Below, one piece after another: positions 35,282 through 44,815 of a DNA stretch of 64,000 bases. The notes under the pieces are model-generated. The model saw only the letters and a program-made list of their open reading frames with translations, made no database searches and was not told where the DNA came from. Source of the stretch: a virus. Lineage: Duplodnaviria; Caudoviricetes. The DNA lies in IMG/VR virus record IMGVR_UViG_3300033463_000085, positions 12,903 through 76,902 of that record; one strand, 5' to 3'. Position 1 is the stretch's first letter; every line of letters begins with the position of its first letter. Position numbers and translations under genes: made by a program.

Positions 35282-36035
35282 TCTTGACTCCTATCGTTTC
35301 CTTTTTGCGCTTTTCCTCCGCATCCCTCTCGCGGCGGCGCTTCTCGTCGCGCCAAGCGAACGCGAGCTTGGCCCGCCATCCGTTGGCGACTATCTTCTGC
35401 CCGCGCGTGTCGCGCCATTGGCTCGTTTGCATGATGGCGTACCATTCGCGGGCGAATTCCTCCGGTATGACCTCGCCTCCGGCCCTGTGGACGCCATCTG
35501 CGGCCACCTTCAGAACTAGGTCGAGCGTCGGGTGGTTTCCGTCGGCGGGCGGATTTGCCGCCACACCGTCCTGTGTCCGCTGGATTCCGTTGTTTCCGCC
35601 GGATTCCGTGGATTCCGTGGATTCCACCGGAATCCGCGTGACATCGGCCTCAACGCGCGCACGCGCGACGCGCGCGTTATTGTTAATAATATTATTATTT
35701 TGTTTATAAGAGAGTGAGTGCGTAATAGGGGGGTGAAGGGGGGAAGGCTCCTTCGCGCTCTCTTGTCCGTCCGTTTCCTTGTTGTCCGGCGGATTCCGCG
35801 TGACATTTGCGCGGCTTCTGCGCTTGCGCTCCCTGTCGAGCTTCCTCCTGTGCTCCTCCTTTTCGTCCATCCAGCTTGAAGCGTTGCCTATCATCTGGGC
35901 CATCAGATTCTCGTCCTCTGTCGCGTCCGGCACCTTCTGCCGACCGAGCATCCGGCAAACCCTGCCTACCTTGGCCGTGTCCTCGCAGGTCTTGAGGAAG
36001 TTCCACAGCATCTCCGGTTTTATCATTTGGGGCAA
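35250..36035 (-). CDS. Replication initiator protein
   Basis: DRERKRRSR coiled segment, low-complexity linker, helical C-terminus; upstream of the loader; contains ori-like repeats. Confidence 0.75.
   Translation of the reverse strand: MPQMIKPEMLWNFLKTCEDTAKVGRVCRMLGRQKVPDATEDENLMAQMIGNASSWMDEKEEHRRKLDRERKRRSRANVTRNPPDNKETDGQESAKEPSPLHPPITHSLSYKQNNNIINNNARVARARVEADVTRIPVESTESTESGGNNGIQRTQDGVAANPPADGNHPTLDLVLKVAADGVHRAGGEVIPEEFAREWYAIMQTSQWRDTRGQKIVANGWRAKLAFAWRDEKRRRERDAEEKRKKETIGVKIDDENYQIRL
35582..35806. repeat. Putative replication origin (iteron-like repeats plus AT-rich patch)
   Basis: GGATTCCGT at 35582, 35601 and 35610; GG(A/T)TCCGCGTGACAT-type 16-mers at 35629 and 35791; AT-rich tract ~35677-35710. 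Confidence 0.6.
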
Positions 36036-36099
36036 TCCTTCGTTGAACGGCGGGGCGGCCTTGCGACCGCCGCCGTCATATTGGCCGATTCCGTAAACT

Positions 36100-37167
36100 T
36101 CACCCGGCGACGCCCTCCTCGGGAATCTCCTTGTGCTCCACGACCTCGTATGTGACGCCGTTCGCCGCCATCGCCTCGCGAATCTTCGTGAGGGCCGAGA
36201 ACGTCCCCTGCACCTTGATGAAGAACCAGTAGGATTTCTCCCTTTGCTTCTGCGGGGCGGCCTGTTCGGGTGCTGTGGCGGGCGCGGCGGCCCCAGCGGT
36301 CTGCGCCGCCTGTTCCTCCGCCTCCACGGGCGCGGGTTGCTGCACCGCGCCGTCGCGGCGCTTCGCGGCGAGGTCGGCCTTGGCTCGTTCCATCGCCTCC
36401 GCCCTCTTGCGCTCCTCCTCCGCCCTCGCTTCCTCGGCCTCGCGGCGCTTGCGCTCCTCCTCGGCCTTCATGCGTTCGGCGGCGGCCCTCTGCTCCTTGA
36501 ACCTCTTGACCTCCGCCGCCGCATCCGCCATGTCGAATCGGCGGCACAGGGCGAATTTCGCGGCCGTGCGCACCTCCGCGTCCTCGTCCGCGTATATCTC
36601 CGCAAGGGAGGCGAGCGCGGCCTTGCAGCGCTGAATCTCGGCGTTCATCTGCATGGCCGCCTTTGTTTCGCTGACGCTCTTGTTGAGCCAGTTTCCGGCG
36701 GTCTTGGGGTCTGTCTGCGCGGCGAAGAATTCCCGCCAATGCGAGGTCTTGCGCTCCGGTGCCTCCATGTCGTCGCCGAACGCCTCCGCGAGGCGGTTGG
36801 CGAACTGCGCCGTCAGGGTCTTTCGCTTCTCGTCCACGCGCCTCTTCTCGAACTCGGCGAGCTGCGAGTCGATGCCCTTCGCCGTGCTCTTGCCAAGCTC
36901 CTCAAGTTCCTTGGCCTTGGCCTCGAATGATTCCATCGGGGCGAGCCACCGCGCCTTGGTGTCGATTCGCGCCCTCGAAATGGCGGCGACGACCTTGTTT
37001 ATCTCGGCTCGGTCGTCCTTTGCCCTCTTTATCGCGTCCTCGGTGACGACGAGCCCCTTGAACTTCTCAAGGTACGACTCCATCGCCGCCTTCAACTCCG
37101 GGTAGTTGAATTCTATCGCGGCAGGGAGCGATTCGATGTCTGTCGTGATTCTAAGCTGCAAATCCAT
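36100..37167 (-). CDS. DUF1351 family protein
   Basis: IEFNYPELKA...GLVVTED..AKDDRAEINK...ID.QLAEFE. Confidence 0.85.
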   Translation of the reverse strand: MDLQLRITTDIESLPAAIEFNYPELKAAMESYLEKFKGLVVTEDAIKRAKDDRAEINKVVAAISRARIDTKARWLAPMESFEAKAKELEELGKSTAKGIDSQLAEFEKRRVDEKRKTLTAQFANRLAEAFGDDMEAPERKTSHWREFFAAQTDPKTAGNWLNKSVSETKAAMQMNAEIQRCKAALASLAEIYADEDAEVRTAAKFALCRRFDMADAAAEVKRFKEQRAAAERMKAEEERKRREAEEARAEEERKRAEAMERAKADLAAKRRDGAVQQPAPVEAEEQAAQTAGAAAPATAPEQAAPQKQREKSYWFFIKVQGTFSALTKIREAMAANGVTYEVVEHKEIPEEGVAG

Positions 37168-37247
37168 GTCGTGTTCTCCTTTTCGCGCTGGAGCGGGGCG
37201 GAACGGAAGCGTCGCGTCCTCCGTCCGCCCCGGCCCCGTCGCATGGT

Positions 37248-38201
37248 TTAGAGGGGCAGCCGTTCCGCGACGACCGCCGCCGCAGGGGCCTCCTTCGCCG
37301 GAACTGGCTCCGGCTGCCTATCGCCTCCCGCGTTCACGCCGAGGGCGGCGCGGAGCTTGTCGTTTCCGGCCTGGGGCTGCGCTTGCGGCTGGACGACCTC
37401 GCCGTCTATCGTCTCGCCCTTGAAGTAGTCCTCCTTCGTCCCCATCCCGTCCTTAAGCGAGTTGTAGACGTTGCGGAGGTCGACGACCTGCGCCGGAAGG
37501 ATGGCCTCTATCTTGCGCTGGATGCGGCGCTCGATGTCCGCCTTGCCGACATTGAACTGCTTGAAGGCGTCGAGAAGCTTCTTTATGCCCTCCGCCGATG
37601 TGTCGGCCGTGGCCTTGAGCGTGGAGTTGCACTGCTCCACCGCCATGTCCACGATGTCGCCAGGGACTCCGGCGAGGATGCACGCCCGCTTGCGGCGGGC
37701 CGCCTCGTTCGCACACTTCTCGTAGACATCGCGGGGGTCCGTGAGCAGATAGTCGCCGCCCCGCGTGTGGCGGATTTTGCTGACCGTGAAAGTCACGGTG
37801 TTGCGGCTGTTCTTCTCCTTGTCCCATGCGTAGGCCTCGCACTTCACGAAGTCCTCGCCCTGCTCAAGCTCGCGCCACCCCGCGTCGAAGTTGCCCATGC
37901 ACCGCACAAGCACCTCCGCGAGCCGGATGGACGGGCCTGTTATGGGCTCGGTCGCACCCTTGCGCGAATAGGCGTAGACCGCCCTCTGCGCAAGCTCCTG
38001 CCTCATGCACTCGCGCTTTACGTCCTCGCGAACCTGTATGAGGTCGCGGGGGAACATCTTGGCCATCTGTATGGCCGCGACGCTTTCGGCGAGTTCCCTT
38101 GTCTGCGCGACGGCGACCGCCGCGCTGTTGCTCATTATCGAGCCGCCAATCAGGCCGCCGCCGTGCGGTGGCTGCCGTCCTGTCGATACCTCGTTGCTCA
38201 T
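37248..38201 (-). CDS. Putative ssDNA-annealing recombinase
   Basis: AVYAYSRKG..ITGPSIRLAEVL..MGN; paired with a YqaJ exonuclease. Confidence 0.7.
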   Translation of the reverse strand: MSNEVSTGRQPPHGGGLIGGSIMSNSAAVAVAQTRELAESVAAIQMAKMFPRDLIQVREDVKRECMRQELAQRAVYAYSRKGATEPITGPSIRLAEVLVRCMGNFDAGWRELEQGEDFVKCEAYAWDKEKNSRNTVTFTVSKIRHTRGGDYLLTDPRDVYEKCANEAARRKRACILAGVPGDIVDMAVEQCNSTLKATADTSAEGIKKLLDAFKQFNVGKADIERRIQRKIEAILPAQVVDLRNVYNSLKDGMGTKEDYFKGETIDGEVVQPQAQPQAGNDKLRAALGVNAGGDRQPEPVPAKEAPAAAVVAERLPL

Positions 38202-38254
38202 TTTCGTGTTCTCCTTGTTTGTTTTTTTCCTGTTTTTGGCTTACGCCAAATCCC

Positions 38255-39238
38255 CTATGCCGCCTTGGTCGCCTTTGGCTTGAACGGCCTGTCGCCTGGA
38301 CTTGTTATCGTGTAGGCCGCAACCTGCTCCGTCGAGGCGTTGAGGGCGAGCGCGAGGCCCTCCCAATCCGTCTTGCACTTGTCGCGGTTGTTCTTCCATG
38401 TGGCGAGGATGTTGTCCTCGTCGTCCATTAGGGCCTCGGCGTCCTTCATGAACGCGCATATCTCGGTCTTTAGCTTCTCCCCCTGCTCCTTGGCGGCCTT
38501 CTCCGCCGCCTTGGCCTCCTTGAACTGCTCGAGCTTGCGCTTTATGTCGTCGTTCGCGACGATCTTCTTGCCGGGGCTCGAAATCGCGTAGATTATCTTG
38601 TTGTCCTCCTCGCACGACGGGGGCGGCATCTTCCCGCCGACCACATATTCGTCCCACCACGCGGCGAGGCGCGTCTGCATCGCCTTAATCACCTCGTCGT
38701 CGCGCTCCACGCGGTATGTCTCGAAGCGCTTGTGCGTGAGGAACAGGGCGGCGACATCCGCGTGCTTGAGGCGTTCGTCGAGGCCCATGTAGTGCTGAAC
38801 CTGCGTGACGTAGTAGAGCGGAACGCCGTCCGTCCAGTCCACGCTCGTCGTCTTGCATTCGAGAAGCGTGTCCGTTCGAATCTCGCCCATGTGTGAGGCC
38901 ACCTTCTGGCCTTCGGGAACCACAAGCCTGTCGAGGTTGCCGAGGAAGCACCCCTTGTGGAGCATCTTGTTGAAGCGCTGGACGACGCGCCCCGTTTCCT
39001 GCGCGTAGCGTCGGGCCACGAAATCCTCAAGCTCCGTGCCTATCCTCATGGCCTCCGTTTCCGGCTTGTCGGGTGCGCGGCCCGTCTTGTCGAGCCATAC
39101 CGTGAGAGGCGTCGCCCAGGGGCTCATGCCCAGAATGGCGGCAACATCGGAGCCGCCGATGCCCTTGCGGCGCTCGGCGAGCCATTCCTGTCTTTCCTTA
39201 GGTGTCATGTGCGTGTTCTCCTTTTGGTTTTCCGTCAA
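38255..39238 (-). CDS. YqaJ-like viral recombinase exonuclease
   Basis: WLAERRKGIGGSDVAAILG, GTELE, NLDR, LECKT, YVTQVQHYM. Confidence 0.92.
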   Translation of the reverse strand: MTENQKENTHMTPKERQEWLAERRKGIGGSDVAAILGMSPWATPLTVWLDKTGRAPDKPETEAMRIGTELEDFVARRYAQETGRVVQRFNKMLHKGCFLGNLDRLVVPEGQKVASHMGEIRTDTLLECKTTSVDWTDGVPLYYVTQVQHYMGLDERLKHADVAALFLTHKRFETYRVERDDEVIKAMQTRLAAWWDEYVVGGKMPPPSCEEDNKIIYAISSPGKKIVANDDIKRKLEQFKEAKAAEKAAKEQGEKLKTEICAFMKDAEALMDDEDNILATWKNNRDKCKTDWEGLALALNASTEQVAAYTITSPGDRPFKPKATKAA

Positions 39239-39244
39239 ATGATG

Positions 39245-39505
39245 CTAGGCGCGGGCGTTCCTTCTCCCACGATTGTCCCCACACCTACCGCCAAAAAAAA
39301 TGGCGCGTTTGCGCTTCGCGCTTTCGCGTCCAATCGCCCGAGCCGTCCCGGCGATGTCCTTGGCGGCGCGGCGAAGCCCCTTGCGGAGGGCTTCGTTCGC
39401 GTCGATTCCCTTTGCTCGCAGGGCCTTTATCAGGTCTGCGATGTCCTCGTCAACGGTGATTCGGGTTCGCTTGAGCGAAGCCGGAGCGTCGTGATGTTTT
39501 GTCAT
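39245..39505 (-). CDS. Small ribbon-helix-helix-like regulator
   Basis: KRTRITVDEDIADLIKAL...ANEALRKGL. Confidence 0.55.
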   Translation of the reverse strand: MTKHHDAPASLKRTRITVDEDIADLIKALRAKGIDANEALRKGLRRAAKDIAGTARAIGRESAKRKRAIFFGGRCGDNRGRRNARA

Positions 39506-39771
39506 TTTGTTTTCCTTTTTTCCTTTTTGCTTTTGGTTTCTGGTTTGTCGCCAGATTTTGCGAATGACCAGTCCGCAGCGTCGCCGCCGTCCGGTAGTCT
39601 GCGAGGCGGAACAATCCCGTTCGCCTTCGCCGCCTTCTCAAGCATGTACCGAAGAACCTCGGCCATCGAATTGGCCGAACTTAGGTTCTTCAACTCCTCG
39701 AAAACGCGCCGCTCCTCCTTGTCGAGGAAGAAATCGACCCGTCTTTTGCCTCGTTTTCTCTGCCCTGGCAT
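39502..39771 (-). CDS. Small ribbon-helix-helix-like regulator
   Basis: KRRVDFFLDKEERRVFEEL...SMAEVLRYML; first gene after the leftward promoter. Confidence 0.6.
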   Translation of the reverse strand: MPGQRKRGKRRVDFFLDKEERRVFEELKNLSSANSMAEVLRYMLEKAAKANGIVPPRRLPDGGDAADWSFAKSGDKPETKSKKEKRKTK

Positions 39772-39837
39772 TTTGTCGTGTCTCCTTTCCCTTTTCTGTA
39801 TTTGAACCGCCCGACCCATTGAGGGCCAGCGCGGGAT

Positions 39838-39956
39838 ATTATAGCAAAGGTGTGGGGACAAAGCAAGGGCGAATCTTGAAGATTCTTTCTCTCCGGCGCA
39901 CTTTCTTCCGTTCTTGCCCGCTTTGACAGGATTATGGTATAATATGTCCCGACACG
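39838..39956. promoter_or_regulatory. Divergent promoter pair (genetic switch region)
   Basis: Leftward TTGCTT-17-TATAAT (plus 39866-39838) with GGTGTGGGGACA in its spacer; rightward TTGCCC-18-TATAAT (39914-39943) followed by a variant box; palindrome AATCTTGAAGATT between them. Confidence 0.75.
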
Positions 39957-39971
39957 ACGGAGAACACGGCA

Positions 39972-41033
39972 ATGACTAAGAAGGAGCTTGGGCGGGCTGT
40001 ATCGGCTTTCGCGGAGAAAATCGCGGTCGAGCAGCGGGAAATCCAGCGCGGGTCGAAAGACCCGGAATCGAACACGAGCGCAATCATACAGGAGTTCCTG
40101 TCCTCGCTCGGCTACGGCATAGGTCGCGGCGGCGGAATGGAGCGCGAGTTCCGCGTGGCGGCTATGGACGCCGACGACAAGTGCGACTACGCCCTGTGGG
40201 GCGACGGGCGGCGCAACCCGAAGCCGGACATCCTCGTCGAGGTCAAGGCCATAACCAAGAGCCTCGATTCCAAGAAGTACGAGAACCAGCTATACGGCTA
40301 CGCCGTGCGCGGCGGCGTGAATTGGGCCATACTGACGAATGGTATGCGGTGGCGAGGATTCAAGCGTCAGAGGCGCGGCGGTGGCGTCGCCCTCGTCCCC
40401 CTGTTCGACATTGAGGTCGGCGACGGGACGACCGACGAGGTGCTGGCCGTGTTCAACGCAATCTCTCGCGAGGGGATGCGCGACAAGATGTCGGCGTACG
40501 AGAGGCGAGCCGCGATGTTCAAGCCGGAATTCATCGGCGAGCTTATTCTTTGCGACAAACCCGTGAAGTGCCTCGTCGGACTTATGAAGGAGCGCGGCGT
40601 CGATGTCACGCCGGACGAAATGCGGACAATGCTGCGCGAGCGAGTCGTCGGCTGCGCCGTCGCCGTGCCGGATAGGCCGACGCCTCAGACGGAAAGGCGC
40701 AGGGCGAGCCCGGATTCCGCGAACGGGGAATTCCTGCTCAAGGGGCGCGGCATGACCGCGAGGGGCCGGAGGGTTGACGAGGGATTCCTCGTGTTCGCCG
40801 GAACGCCCGTGTGCGACCCCGTGCCGAGCTTCCTGTCTAGCTGCCGTTCGGCTGTTCGCTTGCGCGAGGCCCTTGAGGCCGACGGGACGATTGCCGACGG
40901 GGCGTTCACGAAGGACTATGTATTCTCGTCCTCGTCCGCCGCCGCGAGCATCGTGATGGGACGCGCCTCGAACGGCCCGAAGGAGTGGAGGAACGCCGAC
41001 GGAATATCGCTCGGCGAGATCGTTTCCGGCTGA
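39972..41033 (+). CDS. HsdR_N-like PD-(D/E)XK nuclease plus DUF4357 domain
   Basis: CDYAL..ILVEVKA..QLYGYA..WAILTNG..W; C-terminal FTKDYVFSSSSAAASIVMGRASNG..EW. Confidence 0.8.
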   Translation: MTKKELGRAVSAFAEKIAVEQREIQRGSKDPESNTSAIIQEFLSSLGYGIGRGGGMEREFRVAAMDADDKCDYALWGDGRRNPKPDILVEVKAITKSLDSKKYENQLYGYAVRGGVNWAILTNGMRWRGFKRQRRGGGVALVPLFDIEVGDGTTDEVLAVFNAISREGMRDKMSAYERRAAMFKPEFIGELILCDKPVKCLVGLMKERGVDVTPDEMRTMLRERVVGCAVAVPDRPTPQTERRRASPDSANGEFLLKGRGMTARGRRVDEGFLVFAGTPVCDPVPSFLSSCRSAVRLREALEADGTIADGAFTKDYVFSSSSAAASIVMGRASNGPKEWRNADGISLGEIVSG

Positions 41034-41111
41034 TTCATAATCCGCAGAACCCCCGCATTTACGGCCATTATCGGGCCAACGACCCCTCCGCTCCTGGAGG
41101 GGTAAAAAATT

Positions 41112-41236
41112 ATTGAGAATTCTCAAGAAGCCCCCTTGCGGGGCCGTGTTCTTTTTGCTAAGATATGCGGCGGTATGGGGACACCAGCCCCCACACCGAC
41201 CAACAAACGAAAAGGCAAAGAAAAGGAGAACACGAC
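41112..41236 (+). promoter_or_regulatory. Promoter cassette P3 driving the long plus-strand operon
   Basis: Palindrome TTGAGAATTCTCAA; TTGCGG (41136-41141), 17 nt, TAAGAT (41159-41164); GGTATGGGGACA box; leader hairpin; AAAAGGAGAACACGAC. Confidence 0.8.
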
Positions 41237-42214
41237 ATGCTAGGCATACAGGCAAACGACATCTGCTATTCGACGGCGAATGGCGGGCACAACCCGTTCA
41301 ACACGGACGGCGTTGCGAGGACTACGCTCGACCCCGAGTTCGCGAGGCAGGCTCTCAACTTCCGCATAGAGAAGCGGCAGAGCTACGACCGCAACGGGAG
41401 GCCGATTCCGAAGAACTACCACCTCGTCAAGGACTCGGACAACTCGTTCATCCCGTCCAACGGCATCGGCGAGCAGTTCGTCCCGATTCAGCACCTCGAT
41501 GTCTACGACTACATTGTGAACAAGGTCATGCCGCAGGTTCCGCAGATGGAGCTGGAGATGGCCGGGACGATTCACGGCGGAGGCGTGGGGCTCATCGCCG
41601 CCAAGTTCGGCGACACCTTCTCAATGAAGGGCGACACCAGCGAAAACAACCTCCGCCTGTTCTTCGCCAACCCGTCCAACGGGACGGGCCGCATGGTTAT
41701 GGGCTTCACGACCGTGCGCGTGGTCTGCCAGAACACGCTCCTTGCGGCGACGAAGGAGGCGAGGGCCGACGGATTCCGCGTGACACACACCAAGAGCGCT
41801 GACACGCTCGCGTTCGAGGCTGTGAAGAGCATCGAGCGACAGGCGGTCGCGGCGCTCGAAATGAAGAGCCGCTGCGAGAGGCTTGCGGAAATCGGCGTCG
41901 ATTCCGAAACCCTCGAACGCTGCCTCGACAAGATTTACCCGCTCTACGGAATCCCGCAGGATTCACCCGGCTACGCGAGGATGCTTCACCTCCGCGAGCG
42001 CGTCAAGGAGGAGTTCGAGGCGGGGGCGACGGCGCAGACGATAAAGACCGATTCCGCGTGGAAGCTGCTCAATGCGTTCACATACCCGATTTTCAACCCC
42101 GACAAGCTGCCGCCGAAGAAGGACCGTGCGGAAATCGCCTACAAGGGGATGATAGGGAGCGTCGCGGAAAAGACCGACAAGATTCTTCGCGCCGTCGAGG
42201 CCGTCGCGGCATAA
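41237..42214 (+). CDS. DUF932 family protein
   Basis: YHLV..DNS..GIGEQFVPIQH, ETAG-like EMAGTIHGG, FTTVRVVCQNTL, THTKS. Confidence 0.85.
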   Translation: MLGIQANDICYSTANGGHNPFNTDGVARTTLDPEFARQALNFRIEKRQSYDRNGRPIPKNYHLVKDSDNSFIPSNGIGEQFVPIQHLDVYDYIVNKVMPQVPQMELEMAGTIHGGGVGLIAAKFGDTFSMKGDTSENNLRLFFANPSNGTGRMVMGFTTVRVVCQNTLLAATKEARADGFRVTHTKSADTLAFEAVKSIERQAVAALEMKSRCERLAEIGVDSETLERCLDKIYPLYGIPQDSPGYARMLHLRERVKEEFEAGATAQTIKTDSAWKLLNAFTYPIFNPDKLPPKKDRAEIAYKGMIGSVAEKTDKILRAVEAVAA

Positions 42215-42234
42215 TCCGGAAGGGAGGCGGAACG

Positions 42235-42963
42235 ATGGACGACAACCTTCTGAAGCCGACGCCGGACGCCGCCGACTCGGTAATCGCCAAGATAAAAAAG
42301 GCGATACGCCTCGCAAGGGGGACGAGCGAAGCGGGGGAGCGGGAAACCGCCCTCCGCCTCGCCCGCTCGCTCGCCGAGAGGAACGGCCTTGCGTTCGAGG
42401 AGATAGACGAGAGCGCGGAGGAGGCGAAGGCCGTCCACATAAGCGACGACGCGGAGGAGCGCATAGATGGGCCGGAGGTCGGCTTCTCCTTCTCGATAGT
42501 CCACGACCACTTCGGCGTGGTGGCGATGGTGACGACGAGCAGACGCGACAGGGTTCACGGCCACTACTCGTGGTTCGGGCCGAGAATCAACATCGACATT
42601 GCACGCCATGTGCACCACATCCTCCTCCGTGAATCACGCGCCGCGTTCCGCAGGGCGAGGAAGGCCGCACCCAGAATCAAGCGGCAGGCGTTCATGCAGG
42701 GCTTCTTCGTCGCAATCTACGTCAAGCTGACGGAGCATCCGCTTCGCAACGACCGCGAGGCGTTCGAGGCGGAGAAAAAGGCGGCGGAGAGGAAGTTCGA
42801 GGAGTTCAGGGCGAACAACAAGGTGCGCGAATCGCGCAAGCCAAGGGCCTCCGACGACCACAACGCCATAAGCATGGGCTACCACGACGGGGAGAGGGTG
42901 AACCTCGCCCGCCCGTGCGCGAACGCCGCCGCCGAAAGATGCGCACTTGAGGCCAGAGACTGA
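42235..42963 (+). CDS. DUF2786-domain protein
   Basis: VIAKIKKAIRLA..SEAGERETALRLARSL; AFMQGF; GYHDG. Confidence 0.7.
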   Translation: MDDNLLKPTPDAADSVIAKIKKAIRLARGTSEAGERETALRLARSLAERNGLAFEEIDESAEEAKAVHISDDAEERIDGPEVGFSFSIVHDHFGVVAMVTTSRRDRVHGHYSWFGPRINIDIARHVHHILLRESRAAFRRARKAAPRIKRQAFMQGFFVAIYVKLTEHPLRNDREAFEAEKKAAERKFEEFRANNKVRESRKPRASDDHNAISMGYHDGERVNLARPCANAAAERCALEARD

Positions 42964-42984
42964 AACCAAAGGAAAGGAACCAAA

Positions 42985-43452
42985 ATGCTGACATACGAAC
43001 ACGGAAGCAAGAAAGGCGTCGGCTCGCGCCTGTGCGTGGACATCGAGGATGGCCACGGCGGGCGGAATGGCCGCGTTAGAATAGACATCTACAGGCAGTC
43101 CAACGACGAGGACACGGCTTGCGCCGGAGCCAAGAAGTGGGAGTTCGCGGACGGCAATCCGGCGACGGCCGCGCTGACCGCGCCGCAATGCGCCCACATC
43201 CTGTCCGTCCTTCGCGGCGAGGCCAAATCCATACTCGGCGGCAAGGGCCTCGTCGTGGCGGAGGACGACCGCACGGCCATAGTCCACATAGATGCCGTTT
43301 CGAAGCCCTACGATTCGTTCCAGCTCCACATCAAGACGCAATGGGCGAACGGCGATAAGTCCGAGGGCCGATTCCTTCTCAATCTCACCGAGGCGCTGTC
43401 GCTCAAGACCGCTCTTGAGAGCGCGATGGGGCGCGTCGCCTTCGGGCGGTGA
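42985..43452 (+). CDS. Hypothetical protein
   Basis: RBS AAGGA; in operon. Confidence 0.55.
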   Translation: MLTYEHGSKKGVGSRLCVDIEDGHGGRNGRVRIDIYRQSNDEDTACAGAKKWEFADGNPATAALTAPQCAHILSVLRGEAKSILGGKGLVVAEDDRTAIVHIDAVSKPYDSFQLHIKTQWANGDKSEGRFLLNLTEALSLKTALESAMGRVAFGR

Positions 43453-43488
43453 CACCACAACACGAAATCCAAAAGGAGAACACGAAAA

Positions 43489-44640
43489 ATGCAAATCGAA
43501 ACGATAAAGACGACCTTTGCGAACGCGGTGTCCCGCGTATCGAGGGTCATAAGCGCGTCGTGCGCGAACGACAACGCCGCGTTCGGCTGCGTCCTCATTG
43601 AGGGCGCGGAGGGCAAGGTGAAGCTAACGGGGACCAACGGCGACATCCTCATTTCGACGGAGATTGCCTGCGAGGTTTCCAGGCCTACGAGCATGGCCGT
43701 CCCCGCCGGACTGCTGAACAAGCTTCTTTCGGCCCTGCCGGAGGGCGTCCTTCAAATCGCCTACGACAGCAAGGCTCTCAAGGTCGAGGTGAAGAGCAGC
43801 GTCGGGCGCACCAAGATCGCTTGCGTCGAGCCGGATAAGTTCCCCAAGGCGGCGGAGGACGACGAGATGACGAGCCTTGCAATCCAGAACGCGGCCCTCC
43901 GCGAAATCCTGCGCAAGACCTCATACGCCGCTTCCACGGACGACACGCGCAAGACCCTCCGCAACACACTGTTCGCGCTCCGCGCCGACGGCCTTACGGC
44001 TGTCGCCACAAACGGGAGGCTCCTCGCCAAGGTGGACTACTCGCGGGACATGGAGGGCTCGCTGGAGGGCGACATCGAAATCCTCGTGCCGCCGACGGCC
44101 TGCTCGCTTCTCGCCGACAAGGCAATCCTCGGCGGCGACGGAGTTGTGCGCATAGAGGTTCCGGCGACCAACCGCGTGTACGCCAAGTTCACATGCGGCG
44201 ACACGGTTCTTCGCACGAGGCTGTTCGACGATGTTTTCCCGAGCTACGGAAAGGTCATCCCGGCTGACAGCGGAACGCCCGCGACGATAGACAGGCAGAG
44301 GCTTGTGGACGCGATAGAACGCGCCTCCATCTTCTCTCCTTCCGGCGAAAGCGGATACGTCTCGCTGACATTCGCGCCGGACGGCTCGCTCCGCGTGGAA
44401 TCGCAGAAGTCCGAGGCGGGAAACTCCGACGAGACGATGCAGATAGACTACAAGGGCGGCAAGGTGCGGATGCTGGTGGCGAAGCGCTACATAATGCCGA
44501 TTCTCAAGGCGATAGACGACGACGAGGTTGCAATCCACATATCGTCGGGCCACAGCCCGCTGATGGTGAAGTGTTCGATTCCCTTCCTCGCCGTGGTTAT
44601 GCCGATGCGCGACGAAAGCACGGTGGGAGGAGCGGCGTGA
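43489..44640 (+). CDS. dnaN: DNA polymerase III beta sliding clamp
   Basis: 383 aa; LTGTNGD, DKFP, YAASTDDTRKTL, VATNG, FPSYGKVIP, final VVMPMR. Confidence 0.92.
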   Translation: MQIETIKTTFANAVSRVSRVISASCANDNAAFGCVLIEGAEGKVKLTGTNGDILISTEIACEVSRPTSMAVPAGLLNKLLSALPEGVLQIAYDSKALKVEVKSSVGRTKIACVEPDKFPKAAEDDEMTSLAIQNAALREILRKTSYAASTDDTRKTLRNTLFALRADGLTAVATNGRLLAKVDYSRDMEGSLEGDIEILVPPTACSLLADKAILGGDGVVRIEVPATNRVYAKFTCGDTVLRTRLFDDVFPSYGKVIPADSGTPATIDRQRLVDAIERASIFSPSGESGYVSLTFAPDGSLRVESQKSEAGNSDETMQIDYKGGKVRMLVAKRYIMPILKAIDDDEVAIHISSGHSPLMVKCSIPFLAVVMPMRDESTVGGAA

Positions 44641-44815
44641 TGGCAAGTGGCGTGGTTGTCGAGCTGCCTTGCAATGCTGCGGAATTGAAGGCGAAGATTC
44701 GCTGCTTCTGCCGCGAGCATGGATGCTTCGACACGGCTATCGCCGTGCCAGCGAGGCACCTCGGCAAACGCGCCGTGCGCATTTTCAACCCGGAAAACAG
44801 AAAGGAGAATAAGTC

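Noticed and set aside
39293-39300. A8 run as a phase-variation site
   Set aside because: Short, and no conserved motif is split by it.
39923-39943. TTGACA...TATAAT perfect promoter
   Set aside because: The two hexamers are only 9 nt apart; TTGCCC at 39914 gives workable spacing instead.
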